A stretch of DNA of 36,917 nucleotides from a virus (lineage: Duplodnaviria > Heunggongvirae > Uroviricota > Caudoviricetes), in the IMG/VR virus record IMGVR_UViG_2711768076_000013; one strand, given 5' to 3'. This document shows, in pieces, positions 16,837 to 26,206 of the stretch. The position numbers and the translations under genes were made by a program. Numbering within the stretch: the stretch's first letter is position 1; each line of letters begins with the position of its first letter. A model generated the notes under the pieces. That model was not told the DNA's origin. It ran no database searches and was given only the letters and a program-made list of their open reading frames with translations.

Positions 16837-17487
16837 ATGAGCCTGAGTCCCGCACGGCAGCATCGCCTGCGCGTTCAGGCTGAACAGGCCGCCCGTGAGG
16901 GCGGCAGCGTTCGCCACGCGTCGGGCTATGACCTGATGCTGCTGCAACTGGCGGAAGACCGCCGCCGTCTCAAGGGCGTTCAGTCCACGGTCAAAAAAGC
17001 GGAAATCAAGGTGGAGCTGCTGCCGAAGTACGCCGCCTGGGCAGAGGGTGTCCTGGCTGCCGGAGGCGCTCAACAGGATGACGTGCTGATGTACGTGATG
17101 CTGTGGCGCATTGATGCCGGAGATTATGCCGGAGCGCTGGAGATCGGGCGTCATGCCCTGCGTCATGGCTGGGTGATGCCGCTGGGTAACCGCAACGTGC
17201 AGACCGTGCTGGCAGAGGAAATGGCAGACGCCGCGCAGAGCGCAATGCTTGCCGCCACCGGCTTTGATGCTGATCTGTTGCTGCAGACGCTGGAGCTGAC
17301 AGACGGTCTGGATATGCCGGACCAGTCACGGGCGCGTCTGCATAAAGCGATTGGCGCTGTCCTGAGTGAAAGCAATCCGGCGTCCGCCCTTAATCATCTC
17401 AACCATGCGTTACAGCTCGATCCCCGCTGTGGCGTGAAAAAAGACAAACAGCAGCTGGAGCGCAGACTGCGCAATGACAGCCGCTGA
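16837..17487 (+). CDS. M: Terminase small / endonuclease subunit (P2 gpM homologue)
   Basis: 216 aa following the capsid gene, as in P2. Confidence 0.75.
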   Translation: MSLSPARQHRLRVQAEQAAREGGSVRHASGYDLMLLQLAEDRRRLKGVQSTVKKAEIKVELLPKYAAWAEGVLAAGGAQQDDVLMYVMLWRIDAGDYAGALEIGRHALRHGWVMPLGNRNVQTVLAEEMADAAQSAMLAATGFDADLLLQTLELTDGLDMPDQSRARLHKAIGAVLSESNPASALNHLNHALQLDPRCGVKKDKQQLERRLRNDSR

Positions 17488-17582
17488 CAGAACGTGCCCC
17501 CGCGCACGGGCGGCACGGGGTGGCGAAAGGCACAGCCTCATCAAAACCCCGTCCACCGCCCTCTATTTCAGGAGAAAGCAGC

Positions 17583-18047
17583 ATGAAGTTTGTTGCGCCA
17601 GAACAGGCACCGGAACAGGCGGAAATCATCAGAAATACGCCGTTCTGGCCTGATGTGGACCTGTCGGAGTTTCGCAGTGTCATGCGCACTGACGGCACGG
17701 TGACGCAGCCGCGTTTAAAGCAGGTTGCCCTGTCGGCAATTTCGGAGGTCAACGCAGAGCTGTATGAGTTTCGCAGACGCCAGCAGATGCTGGGGTATGC
17801 CTCGCTGGCAGAGGTTCCGGCGGAACAGCTGGACGGGAAAAGTGAGCGCATTCAGCACTATTTCAACGCGGTTTACTGCTGGGCACGCGCCATGCTCAAC
17901 GAACGATACCAGGACTATGACGCCACGGCATCCGGTGTGAAGCGAGGCGAAGAACTGGCGGAAGCCAGCGGTGATTTGTGGCGTGACGCCCGCTGGGCCA
18001 TCAGCCGGGTGCAGGATGCGCCGCACTGCACAGTGGAGCTTATCTGA
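17583..18047 (+). CDS. L: Head completion/stabilisation protein (P2 gpL homologue)
   Basis: Start chosen at ATG 17583 preceded by GGAGAAAG; the ORF track extends further upstream. Confidence 0.75.
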   Translation: MKFVAPEQAPEQAEIIRNTPFWPDVDLSEFRSVMRTDGTVTQPRLKQVALSAISEVNAELYEFRRRQQMLGYASLAEVPAEQLDGKSERIQHYFNAVYCWARAMLNERYQDYDATASGVKRGEELAEASGDLWRDARWAISRVQDAPHCTVELI

Positions 18048-18250
18048 TGAAAGTGCGTGCGTATCAGTATGACACGGTGGACGCGCTTTGCTGGCGTCAT
18101 TACGGGCGCACGCAGGGTGTCACGGAGCAGGTACTGAAGGCAAATCCGGGGCTTGCCGAATACGGCCCCTTTTTACCTCACGGGCTGCAGGTGGAGCTGC
18201 CGGACATACCGACCACCACCACCGTGCAGACCGTCCAGCTATGGGACTGA
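18047..18250 (+). CDS. X: Tail protein X (P2 gpX homologue)
   Basis: 67 aa, same size as P2 gpX; start overlaps the L stop. Confidence 0.75.
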   Translation: MKVRAYQYDTVDALCWRHYGRTQGVTEQVLKANPGLAEYGPFLPHGLQVELPDIPTTTTVQTVQLWD

Positions 18251-18253
18251 ATT

Positions 18254-18469
18254 ATGACGCTTGAGCGAATCAGCGCCTTTATCACGTATTGCATCGCCGT
18301 CGTGCTGGCCTGGCTGGGCGATTTGTCCATCAAGGATGCCTCAACGCTGGGCGGCCTGATGATTGGTGTGCTGATGCTGGCTATCAACTGGTACTACAAA
18401 CACAAAGCCTACCAGCTTCTGCGCGACGGGCAGATCTCGCGGGAGGACTATGAATCCATCAATCGTTAA
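18254..18469 (+). CDS. Holin
   Basis: 71-aa protein with hydrophobic segments (ITYCIAVVLAWLG, LGGLMIGVLMLAINWYY) and charged C-terminus, immediately before the endolysin. Confidence 0.75.
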   Translation: MTLERISAFITYCIAVVLAWLGDLSIKDASTLGGLMIGVLMLAINWYYKHKAYQLLRDGQISREDYESINR

Positions 18470-18962
18470 ACGCTGCCTTGTCGGGGCCGTGCTGGCTATT
18501 GCTGCCACGCTGCCGGGTTTTCAGCAGCTTCACACCTCCGTGGAGGGGCTGAAACTGATTGCCGATTACGAAGGCTGTCGTCTGCAGCCGTATCAGTGCA
18601 GCGCGGGTGTCTGGACCGACGGCATTGGTAATACATCGGGCGTCATTCCCGGCAAAACAATCACGGAACGACAGGCAGCAGAAGGGCTGATCTCCAACGT
18701 GCTGCGTGTGGAGCGGGCACTGGAAAGGTGTGTGAAGCAACAGCCACCACAGAAGGTGTATGACGCTACGGTGTCGTTTGCCTTCAACGTGGGGACGGGC
18801 AATGCCTGTAGTTCCACGCTGGTGAAATTGCTCAATCAGCGGCGCTGGGCGGATGCGTGCCGACAGTTGCCGCGCTGGGTTTATGTAAAAGGTGTGTTTA
18901 ATCAGGGGCTGGATAACCGCCGTGCGCGGGAGATGGCCTGGTGTTTACAGGGAGCAAACTGA
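18450..18962 (+). CDS. Endolysin (lysozyme-like, possible signal-anchor-release type)
   Basis: 170 aa; N-terminal hydrophobic stretch CLVGAVLAIAATLP followed by EGLKLIADYEGCRLQPYQ...GVWTDGIGNT, typical of phage lysozymes. Confidence 0.8.
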   Translation: MNPSIVKRCLVGAVLAIAATLPGFQQLHTSVEGLKLIADYEGCRLQPYQCSAGVWTDGIGNTSGVIPGKTITERQAAEGLISNVLRVERALERCVKQQPPQKVYDATVSFAFNVGTGNACSSTLVKLLNQRRWADACRQLPRWVYVKGVFNQGLDNRRAREMAWCLQGAN

Positions 18963-18963
18963 A

Positions 18964-19341
18964 ATGAAAAAGAAATTAATCAGCGGACTGTTTCTGATGT
19001 TATGGATGGCGCTGTTAATCGCAGCAATGGTGTATCCGCAGGGGATCTTTCCGGTACTGGCAGCGTCCGGCGTTTGGGTAGCCTGTTTGCTGACATGGGC
19101 GGTAATTCCGGTAGCACTGGCTGCGTTAATTCAGAATGGCCCGCTCTGGCAGGAGTTAAGGGCATCTTTGCTGAAGACAATTACCCGAAAAGAAAATGTA
19201 TTTATCTGTTGGGTGATGCGATTGCTGATTGTTGTAAGTCTCGCATGGACGGGGTGGGCTATTACCCTGGTCTTTTATCTGCTGACCGTTATTGCCTTCT
19301 GGATCACCCGTAATCAGATGGCGCAACAGGTAGCAGCATGA
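18964..19341 (+). CDS. LysA-like membrane protein (lysis timing)
   Basis: Start ATG 18964 follows the endolysin stop by one nucleotide; predicted multi-span hydrophobic protein. Confidence 0.65.
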   Translation: MKKKLISGLFLMLWMALLIAAMVYPQGIFPVLAASGVWVACLLTWAVIPVALAALIQNGPLWQELRASLLKTITRKENVFICWVMRLLIVVSLAWTGWAITLVFYLLTVIAFWITRNQMAQQVAA

Positions 19342-19766
19342 ACCGGTTGCTGCTGGTTGTGCTGGCGTTATTACTGGCGGCGCTGGGCTGGCAGACGTGG
19401 CGGCTGGCTGATGCCAGCCAGACCATCAGCACGCAGGCAAACGAGCTGCAGAGCAAAAGTCAGGCACTGGCAAAGAGCAACAGCCAGCTTATCAGCCTGT
19501 CCATTCTGACTGAAACCAATAACCGGGAGCAGGCGCGGCTCTATGCCGAAGCAGAACAGACCAGTGCACTGCTGAGACAACGACAACGCCGGATTGAGGA
19601 ACTGAAACGTGAGAACGAGGATTTACGCCGCTGGGCTGATACTCCTTTGCCTGCTGACATTATCCGGCTGCGGGAACGTCCGGCACTCACCGGAGGTGCA
19701 GCTTACCGTCAGTGGTTGTCCGCGAGTGACGCCGTGTCAGCTGGATCAGGCAGCGCCACACAATAA
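19338..19766 (+). CDS. LysB / Rz-like inner-membrane spanin
   Basis: 142 aa with N-terminal hydrophobic anchor, then coiled-coil-like Q/E/R-rich region. Confidence 0.7.
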   Translation: MNRLLLVVLALLLAALGWQTWRLADASQTISTQANELQSKSQALAKSNSQLISLSILTETNNREQARLYAEAEQTSALLRQRQRRIEELKRENEDLRRWADTPLPADIIRLRERPALTGGAAYRQWLSASDAVSAGSGSATQ

Positions 19767-19899
19767 CGGTGATCTGAACGCATTGCTGGATGAAACGGAG
19801 GCCGCCTGGGCGGTCTGTGCAGACAAAGTGGACATGATTATTGCGTGTCAGGAGCGAAACAGTGAACAAACCACAATCCCTGCGCCACGCCCTCAATAA
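19609..19899 (+). CDS. LysC / Rz1-like outer-membrane lipoprotein spanin, embedded in alternate frame
   Basis: ORF begins inside lysB in another frame; the N-terminus AAGLILLCLLTLSGCG carries a lipobox (LSGC). Confidence 0.5.
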   Translation: MRTRIYAAGLILLCLLTLSGCGNVRHSPEVQLTVSGCPRVTPCQLDQAAPHNNGDLNALLDETEAAWAVCADKVDMIIACQERNSEQTTIPAPRPQ

Positions 19900-20293
19900 A
19901 GCAGTGCCTTATGTCCGTAATAACCCGGACAAACTGCATCTGTTTGTGGATAACGGTTCGCTGGTTGCCACCGGGGCCAGCTCCATGTCATGGGAGTACC
20001 GCTACACCCTTAACGTGGTGATTGAAGATTTCAGCGGCGACCAGAATCTGCTGATGGCCCCGGTTTTGCTGTGGCTGCGGGATAACCAGTCTGATGCCAT
20101 CAATAACCCGACGTTACGGGAAAAGCTATTCACCTTTGAAGTGGATATTCTGCGCAACGATGTCTGTGATATCAGCCTGAACCTGCAGCTGACGGAGCGT
20201 GTGCTGGTCAGCACTGACGGAAGTGTGTCGAGCGTTGAAGCGATAACGGAACCCGATGAACCTGAAGAAATGTGGACGGTGAAACGTGGCTGA
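19862..20293 (+). CDS. R: Tail completion protein R (P2 gpR homologue)
   Basis: Start chosen at GTG 19862 after GGAG; an alternative ATG lies at 19841. About 143 to 150 aa. Confidence 0.7.
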   Translation: MNKPQSLRHALNKAVPYVRNNPDKLHLFVDNGSLVATGASSMSWEYRYTLNVVIEDFSGDQNLLMAPVLLWLRDNQSDAINNPTLREKLFTFEVDILRNDVCDISLNLQLTERVLVSTDGSVSSVEAITEPDEPEEMWTVKRG

Positions 20294-20732
20294 ACTGCAG
20301 AAAGTAGACGACTGGCTGAGTGCCTTGCTGGCGAATCTGGAGCCAGTCGCAAGAAGCCGCATGATGCGTCAGCTGGCGCAGGAACTGCGCCGGACACAGC
20401 AACAGAACATCAGGATGCAGCGCAATCCAGATGGCAGCAGTTATGAGCCGCGCAGAGTAACAGCACGCAGCAAAAAGGGGCGCATCAAACGTCAGATGTT
20501 TACAAAGCTGCGCACCACAAAATACCTGAAAACTGCCGCCAGCGCCGACTCTGCCAGCGTGCAGTTTGAAGGCAAGGTGCAGCGCATTGCCCGCGTTCAC
20601 CATTACGGCCTGCGAGATCGCGTCAGTCGTAAGGGACCGGAGGTGCGTTACGCAGAGCGTCGCCTTCTGGGTGTAAATGATGATGTTGAGGCAATGACCC
20701 GCGACATGATTCTGCAATGGCTGGCGGGGTGA
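20286..20732 (+). CDS. S: Tail completion protein S (P2 gpS homologue)
   Basis: 148 aa; GTG start overlaps the R stop. Confidence 0.7.
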   Translation: MAELQKVDDWLSALLANLEPVARSRMMRQLAQELRRTQQQNIRMQRNPDGSSYEPRRVTARSKKGRIKRQMFTKLRTTKYLKTAASADSASVQFEGKVQRIARVHHYGLRDRVSRKGPEVRYAERRLLGVNDDVEAMTRDMILQWLAG

Positions 20733-20735
20733 TCT

Positions 20736-20753
20736 TTGTATCAGCACTGATAC
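20736..20753. promoter_or_regulatory. Late promoter activator (Ogr) binding dyad, TGT-N12-ACA
   Basis: TGTatcagcactgatACA, nearly perfectly palindromic, just upstream of V. Confidence 0.55.
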
Positions 20754-20800
20754 AAGTTGCAGCACTGCCGCCTTTCTTCCCCTGATGGCAACCTTTCCCT

Positions 20801-21379
20801 ATGAACGCACAATTAACCGAAATCATGCGCCTTATCACCAACCTGATCCGCACAGGGGTAGTCACCGAAGTGGACAGGGAAAACTGGCTTTGCCGGGTGA
20901 AAACGGGCGAGCTTGAAACCAACTGGATCAGCTGGCTGACGCTGCGTGCCGGGAATGCCCGTACATGGTGGCGACCATCGGAAGGTGAGCAGGTGGTGCT
21001 GCTGAGTCTGGGCGGCAATCTGGAAACCGCCTTTGCGCTGCCCGCTGTCTATTCGAATCAGTTCGCACCACCGTCGACGTCGGCGGACGCCTGCGTGACA
21101 GAACATCCTGACGGTGGCTGGTTTGAATACGAACCCGCCACCGGGCGCTGGTATGTCAGGGGCATCAAATCAATGGTCATTGAGGCTGCTGACAACATCA
21201 CCATGAAAACCAGTGAGTTTGTACTGGAGGCTGACCGCACGCGCATTAACAGCGAAGTGGTGATCAATGGTGGCGTTACCCAGGGCGGCGGAGCGATGAG
21301 TTCTAACGGGATCGTGGTTGATGCGCATCAGCATACTGGCGTCCTGAAAGGCGGCGATACAACCGGAGGCCCGGTATGA
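20801..21379 (+). CDS. V: Baseplate spike/assembly protein V
   Basis: 192 aa; MNAQLTEIMRLITNLIRTGVVTEVD resembles the P2 gpV N-terminus as recalled. Confidence 0.8.
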   Translation: MNAQLTEIMRLITNLIRTGVVTEVDRENWLCRVKTGELETNWISWLTLRAGNARTWWRPSEGEQVVLLSLGGNLETAFALPAVYSNQFAPPSTSADACVTEHPDGGWFEYEPATGRWYVRGIKSMVIEAADNITMKTSEFVLEADRTRINSEVVINGGVTQGGGAMSSNGIVVDAHQHTGVLKGGDTTGGPV

Positions 21380-21735
21380 CGCTTTATAGCGGGATGAACA
21401 ATACCAGCGGCAAAGTCATTACTGATATTGATCATCTGCGCCAGTCGGTGCGGGACATTCTGCTGACACCGCAGGGTAGCCGTATTGCCCGCCGGGAATA
21501 TGGTTCCCTGCTGTCGGCACTGATAGATCAGCCACAAAATCCGGCATTACGCCTGCAGGTCATGTCGGCAGTGTATGTGGCGCTGAGTCGCTGGGAGCCA
21601 CGGTTGACGCTGGATTCCATCACCATCAACAGCAATTTTGACGGTTCAATGGTGGTGGAGCTGACCGGGCGGCGGAATAACGGTGTGCCTGTGTCCCTTT
21701 CCGTATCAACAGGAGCAGAGAATGGCAGTGATTGA
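21376..21735 (+). CDS. W: Baseplate protein W (gp25-like)
   Basis: 119 aa, start overlaps the V stop; size matches P2 gpW. Confidence 0.8.
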   Translation: MTLYSGMNNTSGKVITDIDHLRQSVRDILLTPQGSRIARREYGSLLSALIDQPQNPALRLQVMSAVYVALSRWEPRLTLDSITINSNFDGSMVVELTGRRNNGVPVSLSVSTGAENGSD

Positions 21736-22630
21736 CCTTTCGCAGTTGCCTGCACCGCAGATTGTGGATGTGCCGGACTTTGAGACGCTGCTTGCCGAAC
21801 GCAAGGCAGAATTTGTGGCGCTTCATCCGAAAGATGAGCAGGAAGCAGTGATCCGCACGCTGGAACTGGAATCTGAACCCGCCACTAAATTGTTGCAGGA
21901 GAACGCTTACCGTGAGTTGCTTCTGCGCCAGCGCATTAACGAAGCCGCGCAGGCGGTGATGGTGGCTTACGCGATGGGCGGCGATCTTGACCAGCTCGCT
22001 GCCAACTACAACGTGACACGCCTGACGGTGACGCCTGCTGATAATGATGCTGTGCCGCCCGTTGCAGCTGTGATGGAAAGCGATGAAGCGTTGCGCCTGC
22101 GTGTGCCTGCAGCCTTTGAAGGGCTTTCTGTTGCGGGGCCAACTGCAGCTTATGAATTTCATGCCCGAAGCGCCGACGGTCGGGTGGCGGATGCCAGTGC
22201 AACCAGCCCGGCACCTGCAGAGGTGGTGCTGACTGTCCTTAGCCGCGAAGGCGATGGAACTGCAGAAAAAGACCTTCTGGACGTGGTGGAAAAAGCTCTG
22301 AACAGTGAGAACGTCCGCCCGGTGGCTGACCGTCTTACGGTTCGCAGCGCAGAAATCATCCCGTATCGCGTGGAAGCCACCATTTTTCTCTATCCTGGAC
22401 CGGAAGCAGAGCCGGTAATGGCAGCGGCAAAAGCCAGCCTGCAGAAGTACATCGCCAGTCAGACGCGTCTTGGTCGGGATATTCGCCGTAGCGCCATCTT
22501 TGCCGCCCTGCATGTTGAGGGGGTGCAGCGTGTGGAGCTGGCTTCTCCTCTGGCGGATGTGGTCCTGAACAAAACACAGGCGGCATCATGTACGCAGTGG
22601 AGCGTAACCAACGGAGGAACGGATGAATAG
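21722..22630 (+). CDS. J: Baseplate protein J
   Basis: Start taken at ATG 21722 (MAVIDLSQLP), giving 302 aa, the same as P2 gpJ. Confidence 0.8.
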   Translation: MAVIDLSQLPAPQIVDVPDFETLLAERKAEFVALHPKDEQEAVIRTLELESEPATKLLQENAYRELLLRQRINEAAQAVMVAYAMGGDLDQLAANYNVTRLTVTPADNDAVPPVAAVMESDEALRLRVPAAFEGLSVAGPTAAYEFHARSADGRVADASATSPAPAEVVLTVLSREGDGTAEKDLLDVVEKALNSENVRPVADRLTVRSAEIIPYRVEATIFLYPGPEAEPVMAAAKASLQKYIASQTRLGRDIRRSAIFAALHVEGVQRVELASPLADVVLNKTQAASCTQWSVTNGGTDE

Positions 22631-23228
22631 TCTGCTGCCACCGGGTTCAACACCACTGGAGCGCCGACTGGCGCAAACCTGCAGCGGGATTTCTGATCTG
22701 CAGGTGCCGCTTCGTGACTTGTGGAATCCGGCAACCTGTCCGGTCAGTTTCCTGCCTTATCTCGCCTGGGCGTTCTCTGTGGATCGCTGGGACGAGGGCT
22801 GGACAGAAAGCGTCAAGCGCCAGGTGGTGAAGGATGCTTTTTATATTCATCAGCATAAAGGGACCACCAGTGCCGTGCGGCGGGTGGTGGAGCCGTTCGG
22901 ATTCCTGATCCGCATTATTGAGTGGTGGCAGACCGGAGAAACACCGGGCACGTTTCGCCTGGATATCGGCGTGCAGGACCAGGGCATCACTGAAGATACC
23001 TATCTGGAACTTGAGCGACTGATAAGCGATGCCAAACCATGTAGCCGCCACATGATCGGCATGTCCATCAATCTGCAGACCAGCGGCCCGCATTGGGTGG
23101 GAGCCGCCAGCTATCTTGGCGAAGAAATCACGATCTATCCGTATATCAACGAAACGATTATTTCCGGTGGCACCGCGCATGAAGGCGGGGCGGTCCATGT
23201 TATTGACACAATGAGAGTGAATCCATGA
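22623..23228 (+). CDS. I: Baseplate/tail formation protein I
   Basis: 201 aa; overlaps J stop and H start. Confidence 0.75.
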   Translation: MNSLLPPGSTPLERRLAQTCSGISDLQVPLRDLWNPATCPVSFLPYLAWAFSVDRWDEGWTESVKRQVVKDAFYIHQHKGTTSAVRRVVEPFGFLIRIIEWWQTGETPGTFRLDIGVQDQGITEDTYLELERLISDAKPCSRHMIGMSINLQTSGPHWVGAASYLGEEITIYPYINETIISGGTAHEGGAVHVIDTMRVNP

Positions 23229-24625
23229 GCACAAAATTTTATACCCTGCTGACGGATATTGGCGCGGCGAAACTTGCCAGCGCCGCCGCGCTCGGTGTGC
23301 CGCTAAAAATTACCCATATGGCGGTGGGCGATGGCGGTGGAGTATTGCCAACGCCGGACGCAAAACAGACGGCACTGGTAAATGAGAAACGCCGGGCTGC
23401 GCTGAATATGCTTTATATCGACCCGCAGAACAGCAGCCAGATTATTGCCGAACAGGTGATCCCTGAAAACGAGGGCGGTTGGTGGATACGTGAAGTGGGT
23501 CTGTTTGATGAGTCCGGGGCATTGATTGCCGTGGGCAACTGCCCGGAAAGCTATAAGCCGCAACTGGCTGAAGGTAGCGGGCGCACTCAGACCGTGCGCA
23601 TGGTGCTGATTACCAGCAGCACGGACAATATCACCCTGAAAATCGACCCTGCTGTAGTGCTGGCAACCCGCAAGTATGTGGATGACAAGGCACTGGAGCT
23701 GAAGGTGTACGCGGATGATCAGATGGCAAAACATCTTGCCGCACCGGACCCGCATTCACAGTACGCGCCAAAAGCCAGCCCGACATTTACCGGAACCCCC
23801 AAAGCGCCAACGCCAGCGGCGGGGAATAATACCACGCAGGTTGCGACCACTGCGTTTGTACAGGCGGCACTGACGGCCCTTATTAATGGTGCGCCAGCCA
23901 CGCTGGACACGCTGAAAGAAATAGCCGCAGCCATTAACAATGATCCGAATTTCAGTACCACCATTAACAATGCGCTGGCACTAAAAGCACCGTTGTCGAG
24001 TCCGGCACTCACCGGAACGCCAACAGCCCCCACGGCGGCGCAGTCGGTCAACAATACACAGATTGCCACTACGGCTTTTGTGAAATCGGCGATTGCAGGA
24101 ATGGTGGGTTCTGCACCTGCTGCACTGGATACACTGAACGAACTGGCGGCGGCACTGGGGAATGATCCGAACTTTGCCACGACAATGCTTAATGCGCTGG
24201 CAGGTAAACAACCGCTGGACAATACGCTTACCAATTTGAGTGGAAAGGATGTAGCTGGTCTTCTCACATACCTTGGTTTGGGAGAAGGCTCTGCATTGCC
24301 TGTTGGTGCAGGGGCGAATCAGATACCTGATATGGGTAGCTTCACGCTTTCTGTTTCAGGTACTGGATATCAAAAATTACCATCAGGTTTTATTCTTCAG
24401 TGGGGCTCAATCGGCGCACCAGGCATTGCACAGGATGTAGTAACCCATTTCCCGATTGCATTTCCAAACAGATGTCTGCGTGTTTTGGTCTCACAAGACT
24501 ACACACCAGATAGCGGGGCTGTTGGTTATATTGCCTGTGCAGGTTTTAGTCCCGACCCGGTTAAATTTATATCCAGAGCCAGTACTCCTGGCCTCGGCGC
24601 TTCATTTTTAGCGTTAGGCTGTTAA
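23225..24625 (+). CDS. H: Tail fibre protein H (constant N-terminus fused to invertible C-terminal segment, current orientation)
   Basis: 466 aa; internal tandem roughly 74-aa repeats; the C-terminus crosses the left inverted repeat at 24273..24308. Confidence 0.85.
   Translation: MSTKFYTLLTDIGAAKLASAAALGVPLKITHMAVGDGGGVLPTPDAKQTALVNEKRRAALNMLYIDPQNSSQIIAEQVIPENEGGWWIREVGLFDESGALIAVGNCPESYKPQLAEGSGRTQTVRMVLITSSTDNITLKIDPAVVLATRKYVDDKALELKVYADDQMAKHLAAPDPHSQYAPKASPTFTGTPKAPTPAAGNNTTQVATTAFVQAALTALINGAPATLDTLKEIAAAINNDPNFSTTINNALALKAPLSSPALTGTPTAPTAAQSVNNTQIATTAFVKSAIAGMVGSAPAALDTLNELAAALGNDPNFATTMLNALAGKQPLDNTLTNLSGKDVAGLLTYLGLGEGSALPVGAGANQIPDMGSFTLSVSGTGYQKLPSGFILQWGSIGAPGIAQDVVTHFPIAFPNRCLRVLVSQDYTPDSGAVGYIACAGFSPDPVKFISRASTPGLGASFLALGC
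24273..24308. repeat. Left inverted repeat / crossover site of invertible segment
   Basis: TTGGTTTGGGAGAAGGCTCTGCATTGCCTGTTGGTG; its exact reverse complement is at 26104..26139. Confidence 0.85.
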
Positions 24626-24646
24626 TTTAGCTATATGGAGTGAAAA

Positions 24647-25087
24647 ATGAATTACATATATTCCGCGACTACAAACTCTTTCTATCCGCTGGAGATGAAA
24701 GAGGATTACACTCAAGCTGACTCATGGCCAGATGATGCTGTTGAAGTTGATGAGCAAGTGTATATTGAGTTTTCCGGATTACCGCCGAAAGGAAAAATCC
24801 GTATCGCTGGAGAAAATGGTTTTCCTGCATGGTCCGAAATTCCACCACCAACACATGAGGAACAAATTGCTGCAGCCGAACTGGAGAAGCAGCAATTGAT
24901 TAATCAGGCCAACGATTATATGAACAGTAAACAATGGCCTGGTAAAGCGGCTATTGGTCGTCTGAAAGGTGACGAACTGGCGCAATATAATTTGTGGCTG
25001 GATTACCTGGACGCACTGGAACTGGTCGATACTTCCGGTGCGCCAGATATTGAATGGCCTACGCCTCCGGCAGTTCAGGCCAGATGA
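24647..25087 (+). CDS. G: Tail fibre assembly chaperone (active copy, P2 gpG-like)
   Basis: 146 aa after H; C-terminal WPTPP motif shared with the oppositely oriented copy (WPELPEA). Confidence 0.75.
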   Translation: MNYIYSATTNSFYPLEMKEDYTQADSWPDDAVEVDEQVYIEFSGLPPKGKIRIAGENGFPAWSEIPPPTHEEQIAAAELEKQQLINQANDYMNSKQWPGKAAIGRLKGDELAQYNLWLDYLDALELVDTSGAPDIEWPTPPAVQAR

Positions 25088-25661
25088 CATCCGGCGCGGT
25101 GCTGGTATCTGTTGCCGTCACCGCGTCAATGTAATCCAGCACAGCGTTAAGTCGGGTGGTTTCTGCCTGCGTCAGCTTCCGCCCGGCCTGCAATTTCAGT
25201 TGAATCAGACTGATGGAAGCCATTGCAGTATCAATCAGTGACTGACGCTGTGCTTCTGCCGCGTCTACTGCGGCGCAATGCTGTGCCTCAGTATCGGTCA
25301 CCCATTTCTCACCATCCCATTTATCGAATGGCGTTAACGGGGCGATAGTGGTTGTATTTTCAGGGTAATCACCCGGAGTTGTGATTTCTTTGGCGTCTCC
25401 CGTTTCGGTGTTATAGATGATTTCACCGCGATGGTCTGGCACATACTCCCATGAGTTTAAATCTGCTGAACGGCAGATTGCATAACCAGCTTTATGTATA
25501 CCTGGTGCATCTAAACAAGAACATGCCGGGATACCGACGCCAACAGCAAGATATTCAGTTGATGTGGAAAGATATTCCCGCGTCTTGCTGTCGTAGTTAA
25601 ACACGGTCACATCACCCGCTACCGTGGCAATCAGTTCGCTGTTTAATTTTGCCTGTGCCAT
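25059..25661 (-). CDS. Alternative tail fibre assembly chaperone (inverted copy)
   Basis: 200 aa on the opposite strand; start overlaps the stop of the alternative fibre C-terminus (TAATG). Confidence 0.7.
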   Translation of the reverse strand: MAQAKLNSELIATVAGDVTVFNYDSKTREYLSTSTEYLAVGVGIPACSCLDAPGIHKAGYAICRSADLNSWEYVPDHRGEIIYNTETGDAKEITTPGDYPENTTTIAPLTPFDKWDGEKWVTDTEAQHCAAVDAAEAQRQSLIDTAMASISLIQLKLQAGRKLTQAETTRLNAVLDYIDAVTATDTSTAPDVIWPELPEA

Positions 25662-26139
25662 TATGCAGCCCTCACAATGAAGTTAAATGCGACGTTGCGC
25701 GGCCGGTTTTCAGTGGCAACAGGAACGATTTTAGATGCATCAAAGCTAAAGTTTACAGTCCCATTACCTGCCCCTGAAGGCGCAAGAGTTAATCCTAAAG
25801 TTTGTGACACATTCTCAACAGTGACGCCAAATGCACCATCACAATAGATACTTGGGTACAATTGAGTATTACCAAACTTGCCAATTATATTTCTGATGGC
25901 ATCGCCCTGCGATGATAAGATTGCACGCCCAACATCAACCCCGCGCCCGTCATCCCAGCCGCGAATAAATTCACCGCGTAAATCAGGCAATTTATTTGTC
26001 GGGTAAGCCTTTGCCAGTTCCGGGTATTCTTCAGCAGAAAAAGCCGCACCATTGCATTTCAGCCAGCCTGTTGGCGGAGTGGCTGAAGGCCACGGAACAG
26101 GCACACCAACAGGCAATGCAGAGCCTTCTCCCAAACCAA
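25661..26139 (-). CDS. Alternative tail fibre C-terminal segment (promoterless; fused to H after inversion)
   Basis: Reading frame continues through the right inverted repeat and encodes the same [11 protein letters not shown] junction peptide as H, then a tail-collar-like region (GWLKCNGAAFSAEEYPELAKAYP...LPDLRGEFIRG). Confidence 0.7.
26104..26139. repeat. Right inverted repeat / crossover site of invertible segment
   Basis: Exact reverse complement of 24273..24308. Confidence 0.85.
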
Positions 26140-26206
26140 CGTTTATGAAAATGCAGAGATAATGGCTAACTGGCATCATCCCCGGTTTTTATTCAGGGGA
26201 TTGATC

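Larger units (their letters stand above)
24273..26139. mobile_element. Invertible tail-fibre host-range segment (Mu G-segment / P1 C-segment type)
   Basis: Perfect 36-bp inverted repeats at 24273..24308 and 26104..26139. They enclose two alternative fibre C-termini with their chaperones in opposite orientations; a serine invertase gene lies immediately outside. Confidence 0.85.

Noticed and set aside
21626-22513. 295-aa minus-strand ORF spanning baseplate genes W and J
   Set aside because: Antisense to two tightly coupled baseplate genes; Cys/Arg/His-rich low-complexity product consistent with chance open frame in GC-rich DNA.
23719-24267. 182-aa minus-strand ORF inside tail fibre gene H
   Set aside because: Antisense to the repeat-containing part of H; Ala/Ser-rich low-complexity translation.
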